From an uncultured Methylomirabilota bacterium (lineage in GTDB: Bacteria > Methylomirabilota > Methylomirabilia > Methylomirabilales > 2-02-FULL-66-22), in assembly GCA_963845565.1 (NCBI GenBank), contig CAWJSJ010000002.1:1760001-1824000 (forward strand): a DNA stretch of 64,000 nucleotides. The letters are read 5' to 3'. The notes under the pieces are model-generated. The model had not been told where the DNA came from. It was given only the letters and a program-made list of their open reading frames with translations, and ran no database searches. Positions 62,358-64,000 of this stretch are shown here, in pieces; the stretch's first letter is position 1, and the number at the start of each line of letters is the position of its first letter. Both the position numbers and the translations under genes were made by a program.

Positions 62358-63401
62358 CTATTCGGACGCCGGGCGCTCCGCGTCGCTCGTGGGAGGCTGC
62401 ACCTGGAGCGCCCGGCTCTTGCTCTGGGCTCGGGCCGCCGGCGCCTCGGGCTCAATGGCCGGTGGGATCGCCACCCCGAACACCTGCGCGACGATCTCCC
62501 GCGCCATCTCCTGGAGGAGCTGATCCAGCCCGTCCCGCAGAAGCTGGGCGTCGTTGGCGCCCCAGTCGGGGAACGTGGCTCCCCGCCCGGTATGCTCCCC
62601 CGCATGATCGTAGAGGACGGTTCCGTCCGCGGTCCGGAGCACCCGCGTGCGGGCCGTGACGGCCACGGTGAGGTACGGATTGAGGTTCGCCGCCCTGATG
62701 CGCCCGAGGTTGTCGCCCCCAGCGCGCCCGCTCGTGCGCGATTGTAAGGCCAGCCGCTGGAGCGTGATCTCGATCACGGTGTCGATGCCGTGCGCGGCCA
62801 ACGGCCGGTACCGTGGTGGTCTCCGCCGCGGGCGGGCAACGCTCCCCAGGCAGGGGCACCAGGGTCCGCCGGGTGTGCGCGGCGGCCAGCCGGAACACCG
62901 CATCCCGCACCACGGCCTGGTGCGTCCGCGCGGCCAGCACCGCCGTGATGGCCGTCTCGGCGGCCTCGATGGTGTCAGCCGGCACCCCGTCCGTGGCCTG
63001 ATCGATGGCGTAGCGGGTGGCCAGGTAGGGCGTCGCCACGACCAGGGCACAGCCCGCCACACATTGGGCACATCCGCCGAGAACCCCAAGGCACCCAACG
63101 GCCCCCAGCACCCCGAGTCCCAGCCCTTGGCCGCCCCAATGGCGGCACCACCTTTGCCGCCCTGGCCGGGGGTCCGGTAGTCCACCTTGGGGGGGACGGG
63201 GGCCACGACGACCCCAATGGTCCCGAGCTGCGCTTGGGTCGCCTCCGCAAGGGGGGACGGGGGCCTATGCGCGCAGCCAAGCAGGACCGCGAGCACCAGG
63301 AGGGACAGGACGAGATGGACGGGACACCGTCCAGGGCCCGCCGCCGGGGTCCTTCCAATCGCCTTTGCACGCAATCCGTCGGGTGTTCCGTGTGTGGCCA
63401 T
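62358..63401 (-). CDS. Hypothetical lipoprotein (frameshifted)
   Basis: AGGAGG RBS; LLGC lipobox; the middle segment continues in another frame (62452-63111 ORF). Confidence 0.55.
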   Translation of the reverse strand: MATHGTPDGLRAKAIGRTPAAGPGRCPVHLVLSLLVLAVLLGCAHRPPSPLAEATQAQLGTIGVVVAPVPPKVDYRTPGQGGKGGAAIGAAKGWDSGCWGPLGALGFSADVPNVWRAVPWSWRRPTWPPATPSIRPRTGCRLTPSRPPRRPSRRCWPRGRTRPWCGMRCSGWPPRTPGGPWCPCLGSVARPRRRPPRYRPLAAHGIDTVIEITLQRLALQSRTSGRAGGDNLGRIRAANLNPYLTVAVTARTRVLRTADGTVLYDHAGEHTGRGATFPDWGANDAQLLRDGLDQLLQEMAREIVAQVFGVAIPPAIEPEAPAARAQSKSRALQVQPPTSDAERPASE

Positions 63402-63634
63402 GGCGCCCTCCTTTGTCTGCCCTGGTGAAAGCATGTCGAGGTGCCAGGAACGGGGGAGGGGCCACTGGCTGGGAGGCGCCGGCGTGGAACTCGTTGGATT
63501 TGCTATCGTTGGCGCATTACGCGACGGGGCGCTTGGTGCGAGGGCGAAACCCGTCGGGTGCCGATGGTCTGGAGCGCCGGGACCGGCGAACCGCCTAGCG
63601 CCCTAGGCGTCGGAGAGAATGCAATTCACGGCCT

Positions 63635-63772
63635 GACCCGAGCGTCCAGGATGTGGCATGGCGGCAACGCCTCCTGTAACCATCCCCTGCCGAGGAGATG
63701 ATCGCCTACCCGGTGAGCACGCGGGTGAACAACCCGGCGAACGACTCGCCCGCGTGCATTGCGCCCCTGGCG
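63635..63772 (+). pseudogene. Second SRAP C-terminal remnant
   Basis: MIAYPVSTRVNNPANDSPACIAPLA vs MTAYPVSTRVNSPAYDSPECIAPLA. Confidence 0.8.
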
Positions 63773-63923
63773 AGACTCCCTCCCCTCGAAGCCCTGCTGA
63801 ACGTGGGAGGCGAATCCCACCTCGTGGCCCGTAACGGTCTCCAGTTCGCCACGCTCAACGGGGCGCAGCATGCGGCCCTCGCCGACACCGTGCAGCACCG
63901 CGCGGCCACGCCTCAACCCATCG

Positions 63924-63952
63924 TTGACAGTCGTCGGCGTTCGGCGTAGCTT
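63924..63952 (+). promoter_or_regulatory. Putative sigma-70 promoter for a gene beyond the window
   Basis: TTGACA-17 nt-TAGCTT. Confidence 0.4.
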
Positions 63953-64000
63953 CTAATCACCATCCCCGCATTCTCCGGTGTGCCGGTCGGGACGCCGACC

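Noticed and set aside
47800..63400. Integron cassette array
   Set aside because: No intI, and I found no repeated RYYYAAC...GTTRRRY attC structures; genes have their own long intergenic regions

Overview
GC-rich bacterial window with no rRNA, convincing tRNA, CRISPR array, integrase or transposase. From left to right: the end of a peptide/nickel-type ABC transporter operon; a hicBA toxin-antitoxin pair; aqpZ; a collagen-like protein; a HAD hydrolase; an AstE/AspA-family deacylase; and a YjgN(DUF898)+M48 peptidase pair. Next is a duplicated locus (11.2-19.7 kb). It has two exported proteins that share one N-terminal CxxCH domain but carry different Ig-like stalks, a PDZ/GspC-like gene between them, and a conserved sigma-54 promoter plus palindrome upstream of each. 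Then come an M28 peptidase, a large atypical transaldolase-family protein, and an HTH-PTS EIIA gene heading a hyfBCEFGI-like operon whose large subunit lacks the NiFe cysteine ligands (Ehr type). After that are a DUF433/DUF5615 TA pair, an M20 amidohydrolase, a DsbA/FrnE-family gene with an in-frame TGA at the active-site Cys (probable selenoprotein), a CsgG-SH3 protein, a PLP decarboxylase, Fe-S/nitroreductase genes and a CPA2 antiporter. The last ~16 kb is an accessory tract of small secreted proteins, paralogs and gene remnants. Many genes carry single-base frameshifts, several in G/C runs, so assembly error cannot be told apart from pseudogenisation. All product calls come from recognising motifs by eye; no database search was run.
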